This document shows positions 1 to 12,250 of a stretch of DNA of 51,709 bases, one piece after another. The translations under genes and the position numbers were made by a program. The notes under the pieces were generated by a model. The model made no database searches. It was not told the DNA's origin and saw only the letters and a list, made by a program, of their open reading frames with translations. This DNA is from Thecamonas trahens ATCC 50062 (taxonomy: Eukaryota > Protista > Apusomonadida): assembly GCF_000142905.1 (NCBI RefSeq), contig NW_013657614.1:1-51709 (forward strand), given 5' to 3'. Within the stretch, counting starts at the first letter, position 1. Every line of letters begins with the position of its first letter.

Positions 1-1411
1 TGCCTCGTCGACCACCAGCCGCAAGCCGTCGCCCGCTCGCCCGACCAGCCCACCTTCACCACTACCTAGCGTCTTCCTACTACCAGCTACACAACCCGCG
101 ACCACACCCAAGGTCATCATACATCCCACACGTGCTCCAGTATCAATATCGCTGTCGTCGATTCTCATCTTCCTCGGCTCACTTTCGCGTCGACTTGTTT
201 GCCCTAGGTGGTTGAGCACGTCCTCGACCGCCCCACCCCGCACACGCCCCCCACCACCCTCATTGCAAGATATGACCAATCCGATTTCACTACTACTCTA
301 CTACATACACACACGATGTTCATGCGCAGTTTCCGATCCACAGCTGCTGTATTCCGGAATCCGAGTTTCGCCGGCTCAGGCCCAAGTTGTTGGCCCTGTG
401 TCCCTTCGAAGGTGCTGACCCCCCCTCCCCGGGCCCATCTCCGACCCCCACTCCCGACCATGTCCACCCACAACCACCACACCCACATCACACGTACTCA
501 CTACCCCTGCAAACATATCCACCGACTCCTTGCCCGTCGATATTCACATCAGCCGACGCCAACCCGTCAACAGCATCACTGCCGACCGCCGGCTGCTCGC
601 CGCCGACCACCGCCCGCCGCCGACCGACCACCTCCGGCACCACCGAGGGCAAGCTAGCCATCGACAGGGCATTGGAGGCAATGCATATAGATAGCTATAG
701 CAATGGCAATGCCTACCAGTGCGCCCTCCAACCCAATCCTTCCCTCCCTCCTCCGGCCTTGCCCATCACAGCCCCCACCGGCCTGCTCATCGCCAGCCGC
801 CCCTGCTGCCGATCACCGAGCCAGACGACGAGGCCACCGGGCTGGCCAAGACAAAGAAGAACAAGAGAGGGCAAGTGCAATCGATAGGTAATGCAGTGGT
901 GGGCTAGAGTGCAGTGGCCTGCCTCGTCGTCCAATCTCAAGCCATCGTCCCCATCGACGTCCATCTCAATCCAATCCCGTCCGCCCTCCTCTCCCTTGCC
1001 GCCCAAGCCCCTCCACCCTCATTGCCCCCACTCCACACCCACCCATCATCCTCATCTTACCCATCCACATCAATCCTCCACCGCAATCTCCATACCCACC
1101 ACCTCTTCGCCAGTCCCGCCACCCACGTCACGACCCCCCTCATCCTCCCCTACCATACTCATTACACCCCATCACCATCAACCACCACCCTCACCCCCTA
1201 CTCCGCCACCATCATCCATCGCGGCCATCAACGCCCACTTCCCACCGTGCTGTTCTTGGCAATTGCTCCGCCGCCTGTAGCCGCAGCTGCTTCCCCAATC
1301 TCTATGGTCGCTAGCATGTGCTCACGAGTTGATTTGGTTGAGTGACGCACCTGCCCACCGCTCGCCCTGGCCCTTTGCCGCATTTTCCCTCTCACCCGCA
1401 GCCACCTGTCC

Positions 1412-3319
1412 ATGACGCCAGAGCACCGGCTTGCCGCTCTGGAGCGAGAGCTTGCTAGCTACTCTGTCCATCCTCGGCTACACGGTCTGGTGCCTGTGTC
1501 GCACCTCCGTGCTGCCAATGGCCGTGCCCGTGCAGCCGAAGCTGCAGCTACCACCGCCACGGCCCAGCTCGCCGATGCTCTAGCCCGTGTCGATGCCCTC
1601 TCTGCCCGCCTTGCCGCACGCACAACCTCCGCTGCCACACCTTCGCCGCGGGCTCTCCCTCGAAGCCCACCGCGGACCCCAAGCTACTCACCGTTGCGGT
1701 CTCCGATGTGGTCTTCCCCAGACTGTGCGAGCCCGACCCATACAGCGCACACACGCACGCCGACTCGGCCACCTACCAGCCCAGTTGCAGTCGCCCTCCG
1801 CGCTGCCGATTCAGAAGACCGCGCTCGTGTTGCAGAAGCCCGCGGCCACAGGCTTGCTGCCAAGCTTGAGGCCGAATCAAGAGGCCGCATGCGTGCTGCT
1901 TCCCAGCGCGACGCCGCCGAGGCCTCAGCCGCTGATCTCGAGCTCCGAGCCTCGCAACTCGCCACCGAGCTGGCAGCTGTGCGCTCGGATCGGGACTCTG
2001 CCGAGGCTCGCGTCCACAAACTGGAGTCTCAGCTCGGTGCTGTCCATGAGAGGCTGCGCGTGTCGACCACCAGCCTGGCCCAGCTGCGCGAGAGCAATGC
2101 CGTTGTGGTCCAAGAGCGCGACGATCTCGCTCGGAGCCTTGCGCTCGAGGAGGAGACCGTCGCTGATACCCGTCGTCAGCTTGATGACACCAAGCGCCGC
2201 ATAGAGCATGAAATGGCGCTAGCGGAGACAGCCGCTGCCGCTGAGGAAGCTGCCCGTCGCGAGGCGGACGCCCATGCCGCGGATTGTGATGCTGCCAACG
2301 CTCGCGCTGCAGATGTTTTGGCTACCGCGAAGGCGTCTGTGGCAACTGCAGGAGCAAGAGCGGCAGCGATGGAGACAAAGTGCGCCGCTTTGGCTACTCA
2401 GCTTGAAGCTGTCGTTGCCGAGCGCGACGCCTTGGTTGCGTCTGCTACCATACCGCATCCTGTTGCCGCAGTTGTCCAGGATTCGGAAGCTACCCTTTCA
2501 CAGGGCCCCGCCAGCGAAGATCTTGAGCTTGCTCTCTCCCTCGCACGCGCTGATGCTTCTGCTCTCCGTGACCAGCTGGCTGCTGTGCGCGCTGAACTTG
2601 ATTCCACACGCGACCGCTGCGACTCACTCTCGGCACATCTTAATGCTGCCGAGCGTGCTCGTGAAGATGCCGTCGCTGCTGCCGCGGAAGCCGATGCTCG
2701 AGCCGCCGAGCTCCTGGCTACTTCTACCGCTGCCCTCGAGCGTGCGGCTTCTGCAGAAGCCTTGGCCACATCTTTGTCAACTTCCCGCGACAATGCCAGC
2801 GCTGCAGTCTGCGACCTCCAGCGCGCTCTGGCAGAGGCAGAGTCTCGCGCTCGGGCTGCTTCCGTTGACGCCACCACAGCCGCCATTTCCCGGTTATCGC
2901 CTCCTCCTTCGCCCCAGCCGGAACCGCCTCAACCCTCGTCTGATGACGATGTCGATGCTGCAGTTGCCGCTGCTGTTGATGCCGCGACAGTCGAGCTTAC
3001 TGCTTCTCACAATCGCGAGATCGCCGAACTGAGTGAGCAGCTGGCGTCTCTCAGACATGCGCACGAATCTGCGGCAGCCGACCTTGCCGAGTCCCGAGCT
3101 CTATTTGCAGCCATCTCTGCCGAGGCTGACCTTCTGCGCAAGGCCAATGCCGATGCCGCGACAACTCGTGCTGGCCTCGAGCGCGAGCTGGCTGATCTGC
3201 GCGCGGCGCTTGAGCGTTCCAACCATGAGCGCAAGCGCGCACTCGCGGCAGGACAATCATCCGCGCCGGCAAAGTCGTTCGAGGTTCTTGCCCTCGATGG
3301 CGGTGACAGTGACGAGTAA
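1412..3319 (+). CDS. Ala/Glu/Arg-rich long coiled-coil protein, function unknown
   Basis: 635-aa ATG ORF with heptad-like composition and an SP/TP-rich patch; stop lies 20 bp from the convergent neighbour. Confidence 0.75.
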   Translation: MTPEHRLAALERELASYSVHPRLHGLVPVSHLRAANGRARAAEAAATTATAQLADALARVDALSARLAARTTSAATPSPRALPRSPPRTPSYSPLRSPMWSSPDCASPTHTAHTRTPTRPPTSPVAVALRAADSEDRARVAEARGHRLAAKLEAESRGRMRAASQRDAAEASAADLELRASQLATELAAVRSDRDSAEARVHKLESQLGAVHERLRVSTTSLAQLRESNAVVVQERDDLARSLALEEETVADTRRQLDDTKRRIEHEMALAETAAAAEEAARREADAHAADCDAANARAADVLATAKASVATAGARAAAMETKCAALATQLEAVVAERDALVASATIPHPVAAVVQDSEATLSQGPASEDLELALSLARADASALRDQLAAVRAELDSTRDRCDSLSAHLNAAERAREDAVAAAAEADARAAELLATSTAALERAASAEALATSLSTSRDNASAAVCDLQRALAEAESRARAASVDATTAAISRLSPPPSPQPEPPQPSSDDDVDAAVAAAVDAATVELTASHNREIAELSEQLASLRHAHESAAADLAESRALFAAISAEADLLRKANADAATTRAGLERELADLRAALERSNHERKRALAAGQSSAPAKSFEVLALDGGDSDE

Positions 3320-3339
3320 CATACATACTGGCTCCTCAT

Positions 3340-6300
3340 TTACTCTCTTGGCATGACCATGCTCGAGATGGCATCCATCATTCGCGCCATCCACTCTGAC
3401 TGCGCGGCCAAGTAATGCTCCAAGTCGTTGGCCGTCGGCGCTGACGCCGCGGCGACAGGTACACCGAGCTCCTCGGCTGGCGCCGGGATCGTCGCTGTTG
3501 TCCAGCTTGCTGTTGGTTCCGTCGCCCCGCCTGCCACTGGCGCCGTCGCTGTGCTTGCCACCGACGATGTGCTGGAGCTCTCCGGCGCAGGCTCCTTTGC
3601 TTTGGCGTCGGCCTCGCGTCCGGGGACCGAGAACAGGAGCTTGAGCTCGTTGAGCTTGCGCTGCGCCAGCTCCTCTGGCGACGTCATGCACAGCACACCG
3701 CGCGCCATGTCCTTCTTCTGCTGTTGCAGCTCGAGGATGTTGACCTCGATTGTGTTGCGGGCGGCGAGGTGGACAACCGTCACTGGCTTTGTCTGCCCGA
3801 GTCGGTGAACCCGGTCGATGGCCTGTTCCGACACGAACGGATTCCACCAAAAGTCCATCAGCACCACCTTGGTCGCCGCCACCAGGTTGAGCCCGACCGC
3901 GCCAGCGCCTAACGAAACGAGAAAGATGTCGGTCTTGCCTGTCGAAAACTGCTTGATAGCCGCCGTCCGCTCGTCGAGACGCATCGACCCATCAAGCCGC
4001 ACAAATCGTAGCCCCCTCTCGATAAGCAGCGGCGAGATGAGGTCGAGCATCGACGTCCACTGCGAGAATACAACCGTCTTTGCTTCCTCGGCCGCATATT
4101 CCTGTAGAAGCCCGAGCAGCCGCCGCACCTTTGCCGATGAAAACAGCATGTGCGTCTCCGGATCACGGATGTTCTCAAACGGATCGCCCGATGCGCTCTC
4201 AACATCTAGGTGCTGCTTGAACACCTTGTTCCGCACATACCGCAGCAGTCCAGTCCGCAGCATTTCGCGATCGTCCCCGCCATCGTACACGCTACTGTCA
4301 ATGACCTCCTCCTTGCACGCAGCCTTCTCTTCCATGGTACGCTCTTGCCTCGGCGCCGGCGAGCTGGCGTTGACAATCGGTTTGTCACCAAACGCATTGG
4401 CCAGACTTTCGAAATCGACCGAAAACACAGTCTCGAGGTCCACCACCTCGCTGCATCCACTCGCCGGGCACGTTACATGGCGCGAGCCCGACTGCCGTTG
4501 CAGCGCCATGCACTCTGGGCAGAGAAAATGTTGACACTTGGGAACGAATGCGTGCTCCATCTTTTCGCGACGCAGCGGGAGCAGGCACACCACGCAGTCG
4601 GTCATCGTCGCCTCGAGCTGCTTGCACACACCGACCGCCAGCCTGGCTAAATCCTGCATCCGCGCCAGCGATGCCACAGATGACACCGAACGGTCCTTGA
4701 GCGCAAGCCAGAGGGTGCGCGCGGCGCGCCTAGCCCGTCGCGTCTCTTCGTCATCCTCATTCCTACGAGACCGCGTTGCGCCCTCGGATGACGTCGCAAG
4801 TAGAGGGTGGCACGCAATCTGTCGCAGCCTCAGGATCTGTTGGAGAAAGTACATGTACTCCTTGAGCACCAGCCCGCGACGGAGGAACTTCTGGAAAACA
4901 AGCTGTGTCTTGTGAAAGACCGCATCATACAGCTTTTGCTCCTCACCAGCGAGCGTCACATACTCGATCGTCTCCTCCTTCGGCGGGAGATCCAGGATCG
5001 ACTTGGTTCGCCGAAGGAGAAAGTATCGCACAATCTCCTGAAGCCGCGAGTACCCCGCCGGATCGTTCCGCTTGATAGGCACCAGAAGATGGTGCTTGAA
5101 CTCACGCGGGTCGCTCACAAACGGCAGCTTGACGTACCGCACCAGCGCGTACAGCTCGGACCACCGGTTCATCACAGGCGTGCCCGAGAGGCCCCACCGC
5201 CGCTTCGACCGCAGCAAGCACGCAGCCCGCGACCGCGCTGACCGTGAGTTGCGCAGAATGTGCACCTCGTCACACACCACCCGCCGCCACGTTGTCATCA
5301 GCAGTGGAAACTGCTCTGCAAACTCGGATCGGAATCCAAGGTCCACCTCCTCGCGCGCCTGTGTTGTCACATGATCGTACACCGCACGCGACCCGGCCTC
5401 GGGGGGAACCGCCCCCGTTGAAGTATCATGTTCCGCAGCTTGTTGTACTCGGACGCCAGGGTACCGTACGTTGTCAGCACAATGTGACGTCGTGTGAGCT
5501 TTGCACGCCCGGCACCGGTCAGGATTTCGCGGCGTCCTTGCCCATGGTACCGCAACGTTGTGAACACACCCTGTGCTCCGTGCTTTTCCACTTCGTCCTC
5601 CCAGTTCTGCAACAGCGACGCCGGTGCCACAATCAGCGATGGATGCCAAAACTCCTCGTCGCGCACATCGCCACGGTACACGTCCGATGCGATGAGCGAA
5701 ATGACTGTAATAGACTTGCCGAGGCCCATGTCATCCGCAAGAATGCCGCCGCGTGCCCGCTGGGGTGGCTTGGTGTGCACATCCTTGGTGAGCGAGTTGA
5801 TCCACACATCCTGTGCCGGCTCATGCTCGAAAAACAGATGCGGGCTGTTGGCCGGCGGGCGTTCGCGGCGGATCATCCACAGCAGTGCCTTGCGCTGGTG
5901 GTCGTGCAGACGCGTTGCAAGGTATGCTGGCTGTGGCGCCATCGGCATGGCATCCGCCTCTTTTGCCCGCGCGACAGCATCAAACTCGTTCAACATTTCC
6001 TGCGAGGGCACCGCATCCTCGCCGTCGTCGTCGCCCTCGCCCTCGTCATCAATGGCTGCCAGTTCGACATCACTGACCGTGCCCGAGCTCCGGCCGGCCA
6101 CGCTGCCGCTAAACTCGCCCAGCAGGAGGTCAGACCCGCTGCTCCCGCCTTCGCTGTCGCCGCCTTTGGACCCGATCGTGACGCCCACCAAGTCGTCTCC
6201 GTCCACCAGCAAGAACGACTGCGACGCGAGCAACAGATCCTCCTCGCCATCCCCGCCACTGTCGCTCTCGATCACTCTGCGCACTGGTCGCGACGGCGTC

Positions 6301-6644
6301 GGTGTTTGCACCGCTGCGCCCCGTGTCGCATGTGGGGGAGTCACCGCTCGCGACGGCTCAGGCACCTGTGGCAGCACAGTCGCAGCCTCAGCGGCCGCAT
6401 CCCTCACCACAGTCTCGTCATCGTCGTCGCTAGTCAAATCGACAGTCACCGCGGCTCCCGACAGAATCCTCGCCAACTTGCCCCGGCCAGAGCGAAAAGC
6501 TTGGCGCCTCAGCCGTCGCTTCCGCCGCCCACTCCTTGACCCGTCCAACCCGCTGCTGCTCGCAACCACCATGACCACGTCGTCTTCTTCGTCATCGTCG
6601 CCGAGGACGACCACCTGCTTGCCGTCACCACCGATACCCGACAT
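3340..6644 (-). CDS. SNF2-family ATPase with RING finger (Rad5/Rad16/Uls1-like), split by one frameshift near 5400-5420
   Basis: GGILADDMGLGKS, IVAPASLLQNW and VLTTYGTL in ORF 5367-6713; RVVCDEVH, LSGTPVMN, RING CVVC..CQH..CPEC..CPASGC, VFSQW and EQAIDRVHRLGQ in ORF 3340-5649; first ATG 6644. Confidence 0.9.
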
Positions 6645-6671
6645 GCCACACAGAGACAAGCACGAGCACAC

Positions 6672-6716
6672 TCGCACACACACGCACACGCACACGCACA
6701 CGCACACACGCACACG
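6672..6716. repeat. (CACACG)n/(CA)n microsatellite
   Basis: direct reading. Confidence 0.85.
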
Positions 6717-7436
6717 TCAGCACAGAGGGATGTGTGGCGGTAGGGCCAAGTGGAGTGGTTAGAGCAGACAGCTGAACTCTCGCACCCGGCTTCTGTTCTT
6801 CCCCGCCTCATTGTGTGCCCTCAACCCTCCGTCCGCATCCGTGCCTCTGTCTGACCTCACCCAAACAACCCCCTGCGACGACCTCGTGTACATTCACGAT
6901 TGACCTGCCCATCATCATGTCATCCATCACAATGACGCTCGACCCATCCCTCACCTTTGGCAATCAGCAGCGACTCGTACCTGCCGCCATCGCCCCCGCC
7001 CACCCTCCTGCTATCAATCAGCCGCCACTAGGGGACTCCCTGCAGACAAAACGCGGGAAACGTGGCGCCAAACCGTGGCGACCACGCCAAGCGCCCCATG
7101 CCCCATGCTCATGTCCGTGCCCAACGCCTCCACAGGCTCCCACTACCACCTCCTTGCCGAGTATGGCTATGGACTCTACCGTCGCCACCTTTGCGGTAGC
7201 CAGCCGGCTTGCGAGGTCAGTGTGGGGCGGCGGCTAGAGCAGGCTCCCGCCATGCCAAAAAGGTCGTGGAAGGCCCCTCTGAATCTACCCCTGTCACGCA
7301 GACCCATCCACCGAGGCGACGGGCAAGCCGCGCGAGACACCCGACTTGATCGTAGAGACCAACTCGGCTCGCCGGTTGCTTGTTGCCGCGTGGTGCAAGC
7401 TCCGAGTACTGTCCATACCTCCTCGTCTCTGCAGCC

Positions 7437-10400
7437 ATGCCGCGGACCTCGTCAAAGAGTGCCGCCAAAGGTCGGAACACCGCCTCGACCAAGACGGCTA
7501 CTCGCAGATCCTGCTCCACAGCCAAGACCAAGGCCAAGGGCAAGACCAAGGCCAAGACTACGCCCAGGTCACAGGCCAAAGCCAAGGGCAATGAAGGTAG
7601 CAAGGCTACTGGTAACAACAGGAGGAAGGGGAAGCGGTCTGCCCGCGGCTTGGCATCGTCGCGTTCGTCGTCGTGCTCAACTGCCTCGTCCGAGCTCACG
7701 TCGTCGGCTAGCGACATTCCGGACTCACTGCTGGCGGATGTGACTCTGCCACCGCCGCGCTTGTTTGGCTCTGGCCTACGCCGCCCGGCTCGGCCGGCAC
7801 ACCCTGCACTCGTCTTGGATGAATCCAGCTCGGGCGCAAGTGCTGTCCCCGAAAGGTTCTCCGACTCCGATCTCGCGCCAAGCGAGCCCCAGTCGTCGTG
7901 GGAGCACCCGTCCGAGTTTGAGGACTCTTTGGACCCAAACTCCGAGTCTTCTTGGGATGGCACCGCCAAGTCGTCCAAGTCGCGAGCCGTGTCGCGGGCC
8001 AAGTCGCGGTCCAAGCCGACCAAGACCGCGGCCAAGAAGAAGACATCAACAACCGGTCGCAGCAAGAAGCCGCCGGCCAAAAAGACAGCAAAGAAGCCGG
8101 CCAAAAGGTTGGCTAAAAGGACCGCGACAAAGACAAAGTCCAAGACAAAGTCAAAGGCGAAAAGTGCAACCAAGGGCAAGAAAGCCACATCTGCTCGCAA
8201 GCGCAAGCGTGGCGCTGATAGCGACCAATCGTCGAACGAGAGCTCGGTGTCAGCCAACTCACCGCGTCCGCGCAAGCGGAAGCGCCGTCCGCGCGCTCCG
8301 CCCAAGGAGGTCAAGCTGACCGAAGAGGAGGAGCAAGCAACCGAAGCAGCACGGCGCGGTGAGCGCAAGCGTTTGCACCAGGTCGCGCGCGCCCACGCCA
8401 TGGGCATGACATCCTCGGACTCGACCGGCGCGCTGCCACTGCGGTACGCGCTGCCGAAGAAGAAGTCTGTCTCGCTTCTTGGAGTCCTTGTCGAGGCCGA
8501 GGTGAAGCCGACACCCGTGCCGACCATGGACGACGCCGAGGCCGGCCCTGCCGAGGCCGAGACCAAGATCAAAGACGAGGCCAAGGCCGAGGTCGGCCCT
8601 GCCGAGGCTCCGATGGATGTCGTGCCGGCGGCAGGCAAGCCTGTTGACGATGCCGAGGCCGAGACCAAGACCAGAGACGAGACCAAGGCCGAGGATGACG
8701 AGGACGACGAGGACGAGATGCTGACCGTCTATATCCATGACGCCATTGCGGGCAAGCTCATGCCGCACCAGCGCGAGGGCATCCAGTTCATGTGGGACCA
8801 CGTGTCAACGTCGACGGGTTTCGGCTGCCTCCTTGCCCATGACATGGGCCTAGGCAAGACGCTGCAGGTTGTCTCGCTCATTGAGGCCTTCCTCCGGGCA
8901 CAGATCGGCAAGCAGGCGCTGGTGCTTGCGCCGGTCACCGTCATTGACAACTGGGAGCGCGAGTTTCACAAGTGGCTGCCCGCAGCAGCGTGCCCCACGG
9001 TTCGGGTTATGGCCTCTTCGATTCCGGTGGCACAGCGCGCCGAGGTTCTCCGCGAGTGGCACACGGCCGGTGGCGTGCTCATCTGCGGCTTTACCATGTT
9101 TTGCAACCTGCTCTCAGTGGTGAACCCGGCAAAGGTCAAGTCGGCCAAGGCCCAGGCCAAGGCCGAAATCGCCCACAAAAAGCGGGTAAGGCGCATGGAG
9201 GCGACGTACGGAGAAGATGCGCTTGCTATCATCCGCGAATGTCTCCTCTCGCCGGGCCCAGACCTGGTGGTGGCCGATGAGGCGCACATCATCCGGTCGT
9301 CCAAGACCAGGGTCTCCCAGCTGCTCAAGCAAGTGGCCACCCCGCGCCGCATAGCACTCACTGGCTACCCTTTCCAAAACAGACTCGAAGAGTACTGGTG
9401 CATGGTCGACTGGGTCCGCCCTGACTACCTCTCGACCATTGCCTCGTTCAAGTCGATGTTTGCGGTGCCCATCACTGCAGGCCAGTGTGTCGACTCGTTG
9501 CCGTCAGAGATCGAGCTCTCGCGGGCGCGCACACACATTCTGGCCGAGCTTCTCAAGACCATTGTCCACCGTCGGACGGTGGCGCTCCTGCACGACCGGC
9601 TCAACGGTATTGTCGAAGTCTCCCTTACTTGCCAGCTCGCGCCGCTGCAAGTCCGACTGTATCAGGCCTTTCTCGCCCAACATGGCGTCAAAGGCAACGG
9701 CAAGCTCGACCGCAACATGTGCCTGGAGAACGAGCACATCGCCAACTCGCTCCTTGCTCATCCGGCCATTCTCAAGTCGGAGATCATGCGCCATGAGGAA
9801 GACCCGGACTTTTGCCGCCCGCTCGAGTTCAACACGGGGCTCAAGAAGAAGCGGCGCCGGACCGGCGACGACGACGACGATGTGTACAACGACTTTGGCT
9901 CCCCGCCGCCGGGCGTCCCGGCAACACACTGCTACGTGCCCGGTGACGTTGGCTTGCCGCAGATCGAAGGCGTAGAACTTGTTGAGGCCGACGCCGAGGC
10001 CGCTGCGGACCCGGTTGAGGCTGAGACAGCAACCGCCGACGATACCGCTGCCAACAACAAGGCGGCTGGGGATGAGGAAGACGACAAGAGTAACAAGGGC
10101 GTCGACGACGAGGACGGCGCTGAGGAGATTTCGGGCTCTGGATCTGGTGAGTCCTGGGACGAAGACTCGCTGTCGTCGTCGGTGGCAGCGGCGTTTGCGC
10201 TCTTTTCCGAGTCCGACGACGCACCGGTCTGCTCGTCGTCGGACTTTGAGCCCGAGGCAACGATGGAGGTGTGGCGACACGACGAGTACTCGTGGGCACG
10301 CCCTATTCTCAATGATTACGAGGGCGAGCAACTCGCGTCGGTGGCACATTCGGGCAAGTGCATGGTTCTACTGTGGATCTTGATTGCATCGCGGCAGGTG

Positions 10401-12218
10401 GGGGACCGGGTGGTGGTCTTCTCAAAGCGGCGGTCGACGCTGCAGTACCTGGCGGGCATGGTCCGCGACGCTGGCTTCTCACACTTTCTGATGGACGGCT
10501 CGACGCCGTCAGGCAAGCGGCAGGCGATGATTGACGAGTTCAACGGCGGCGAGCGCGACCTGTTCTTGATGGCGACGCGGGCCGGCAGCCTCGGCATCAA
10601 CCTCATTGGCGCCAACCGAGTCATTCTCTTTGATGTCTCGTGGAATCCATGCCACGACGACGAAGCCATTGTCCGGCCGTACCGGTTCGGCCAGCCCAAG
10701 ACGGTGTACGTGTACCGGCTCCTGACCCACACCACGGTCGAGGATTACATCCACCGGCGGCAGGTCTTCAAAAAGTCGATCTCGTCGGGCGTCGTCGACG
10801 ACTCGCCAGCAGCGCGGATGCTGTACACTTCGGAGATTTCGACGCTCTTTAACGCGGACCTGTTCGAGACACAGCCGGAGGTCTCGTGGACGAGCCTACC
10901 CGAGAGCAATCGCAGCGATCCCATCCTTGTGGGCCTGATGGAGACGAACCGCCGCGGCATTGCTCGCCTTGAGCGGCTGGCCGGTGATCCGGGGCTCAGG
11001 ACCAAGCCGCGGTACTTTGAGTACTGGCGGCCGATCATCTGCTCGCTCAAGGAAGTTCTTGTGGTGCTCGAGGACGAAGACGTGGCTCTCGACCCGGAGC
11101 GGCTCGAGTACCACCAGCAGCTCTTCAGGCGAGTCCTTGCCCAGTTTGCCATCGAGTCCATGGGCGACTACGAGCAGGCCCCGCCGTCGCCGCCGCGGCC
11201 AAAGCGGAGCGCCCGCCGACAGCAGATGCTCGAGGGACCCATTCTCTCGCCGGCGCAGCAGGAGGTGGCCGAAGCCTTTGCGCCGAACGCCAACCCGACG
11301 GCGATGCACTACCGCAAGCTCGCAGCGGTGCTTCGCGGTGAGGTCATGGACTGTGAAGCACCACCGCAGCAGCAACAGCAGCAGCAAGAACAACAACAGC
11401 AGCAGCAGCCGGCCAAGCCGGTCATTGACATTTCAGCATCACCCGAGGTTGTCGACCTCGAAGCTGAGAACGAGCCGGCACCAGCTGAGAAGCCAAGAAC
11501 GGCCGGTGGTTTCCGCAAGCTCGGCAACGGCGGCTCGCTGCTACCTGACGCGCCAACCGGCCCTCTGCTGTCAAAAGCATCCGAGAAGGCTGCGCTGGAC
11601 AAGGCCGCAAAGCGCAAGACACGTGCGCCGGCCCCGATCAGCGCGACGCCGTCGCCCAGGGTGGAAGGCAGTGCCGCGAGCGGCTCCAACGACAAAGCCG
11701 CTGCAGTGGACGAAGCCGCTGCAATGGACGTTGTGCAGTCGTCGACGCCTAGCGCGGGCCCCAGCAGGGGCGATGACTTTCATCGGCCGACTCGCGCGAT
11801 GCTCGAAGCGATGGCCGCTCAGCATGTGCGGGATCAGCTGAAAGCGCATGAGCAGCTTGCGGCGCAACAGGCTGGGTGGAACGTAATGCATCCGCCGATG
11901 ATGCCGCCGATGGCATTCTCGGGCGTGCCAGGGCTGGACTTTGCTACGGCAGCGGTGCCGTTTACACATCCAATGATGCCCGGGTTCGGCATGATGCCGA
12001 TGGGCCCGGTGCGCATGCCGTACCAGTACTCGGCCGAGGATCACATGCTTGGTCTGCAAGCGATGGAGCAGTCTGCGCAGCGACAGCGCGAGGCGATGCA
12101 AGCGGCGATGGCCGCAGCTCAGGCCAAGGCACAGGACGAGAGTGCGGTGGTCGCGAGCGGCTTGGAGCAGCCGGGAGAACAGCAGGACAAAAGTCCGCAA
12201 GTCGTTGTACTCGACTAG
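7437..12218 (+). CDS. SNF2-family chromatin remodeller, ATRX/ARIP4(RAD54L2)-like
   Basis: LMPHQREGIQFMW, GCLLAHDMGLGKT, GPDLVVADEAH, ALTGYPFQNRLEEYWCMVDWVRP, SGKCMVL, GINLIGANRVILFDVSWNPCHD, YRFGQPK; Lys-rich N-terminus, polyQ near 11370-11408; first ATG 7437. Confidence 0.9.
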   Translation: MPRTSSKSAAKGRNTASTKTATRRSCSTAKTKAKGKTKAKTTPRSQAKAKGNEGSKATGNNRRKGKRSARGLASSRSSSCSTASSELTSSASDIPDSLLADVTLPPPRLFGSGLRRPARPAHPALVLDESSSGASAVPERFSDSDLAPSEPQSSWEHPSEFEDSLDPNSESSWDGTAKSSKSRAVSRAKSRSKPTKTAAKKKTSTTGRSKKPPAKKTAKKPAKRLAKRTATKTKSKTKSKAKSATKGKKATSARKRKRGADSDQSSNESSVSANSPRPRKRKRRPRAPPKEVKLTEEEEQATEAARRGERKRLHQVARAHAMGMTSSDSTGALPLRYALPKKKSVSLLGVLVEAEVKPTPVPTMDDAEAGPAEAETKIKDEAKAEVGPAEAPMDVVPAAGKPVDDAEAETKTRDETKAEDDEDDEDEMLTVYIHDAIAGKLMPHQREGIQFMWDHVSTSTGFGCLLAHDMGLGKTLQVVSLIEAFLRAQIGKQALVLAPVTVIDNWEREFHKWLPAAACPTVRVMASSIPVAQRAEVLREWHTAGGVLICGFTMFCNLLSVVNPAKVKSAKAQAKAEIAHKKRVRRMEATYGEDALAIIRECLLSPGPDLVVADEAHIIRSSKTRVSQLLKQVATPRRIALTGYPFQNRLEEYWCMVDWVRPDYLSTIASFKSMFAVPITAGQCVDSLPSEIELSRARTHILAELLKTIVHRRTVALLHDRLNGIVEVSLTCQLAPLQVRLYQAFLAQHGVKGNGKLDRNMCLENEHIANSLLAHPAILKSEIMRHEEDPDFCRPLEFNTGLKKKRRRTGDDDDDVYNDFGSPPPGVPATHCYVPGDVGLPQIEGVELVEADAEAAADPVEAETATADDTAANNKAAGDEEDDKSNKGVDDEDGAEEISGSGSGESWDEDSLSSSVAAAFALFSESDDAPVCSSSDFEPEATMEVWRHDEYSWARPILNDYEGEQLASVAHSGKCMVLLWILIASRQVGDRVVVFSKRRSTLQYLAGMVRDAGFSHFLMDGSTPSGKRQAMIDEFNGGERDLFLMATRAGSLGINLIGANRVILFDVSWNPCHDDEAIVRPYRFGQPKTVYVYRLLTHTTVEDYIHRRQVFKKSISSGVVDDSPAARMLYTSEISTLFNADLFETQPEVSWTSLPESNRSDPILVGLMETNRRGIARLERLAGDPGLRTKPRYFEYWRPIICSLKEVLVVLEDEDVALDPERLEYHQQLFRRVLAQFAIESMGDYEQAPPSPPRPKRSARRQQMLEGPILSPAQQEVAEAFAPNANPTAMHYRKLAAVLRGEVMDCEAPPQQQQQQQEQQQQQQPAKPVIDISASPEVVDLEAENEPAPAEKPRTAGGFRKLGNGGSLLPDAPTGPLLSKASEKAALDKAAKRKTRAPAPISATPSPRVEGSAASGSNDKAAAVDEAAAMDVVQSSTPSAGPSRGDDFHRPTRAMLEAMAAQHVRDQLKAHEQLAAQQAGWNVMHPPMMPPMAFSGVPGLDFATAAVPFTHPMMPGFGMMPMGPVRMPYQYSAEDHMLGLQAMEQSAQRQREAMQAAMAAAQAKAQDESAVVASGLEQPGEQQDKSPQVVVLD

Positions 12219-12250
12219 ACGCGGCGCTTTCTAGTAAAGTGTGTACACTT

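Noticed and set aside
1-1400. Many short Pro/His/Thr-rich ORFs
   Set aside because: C/A-rich low-complexity DNA; no recognisable motif or convincing coding frame
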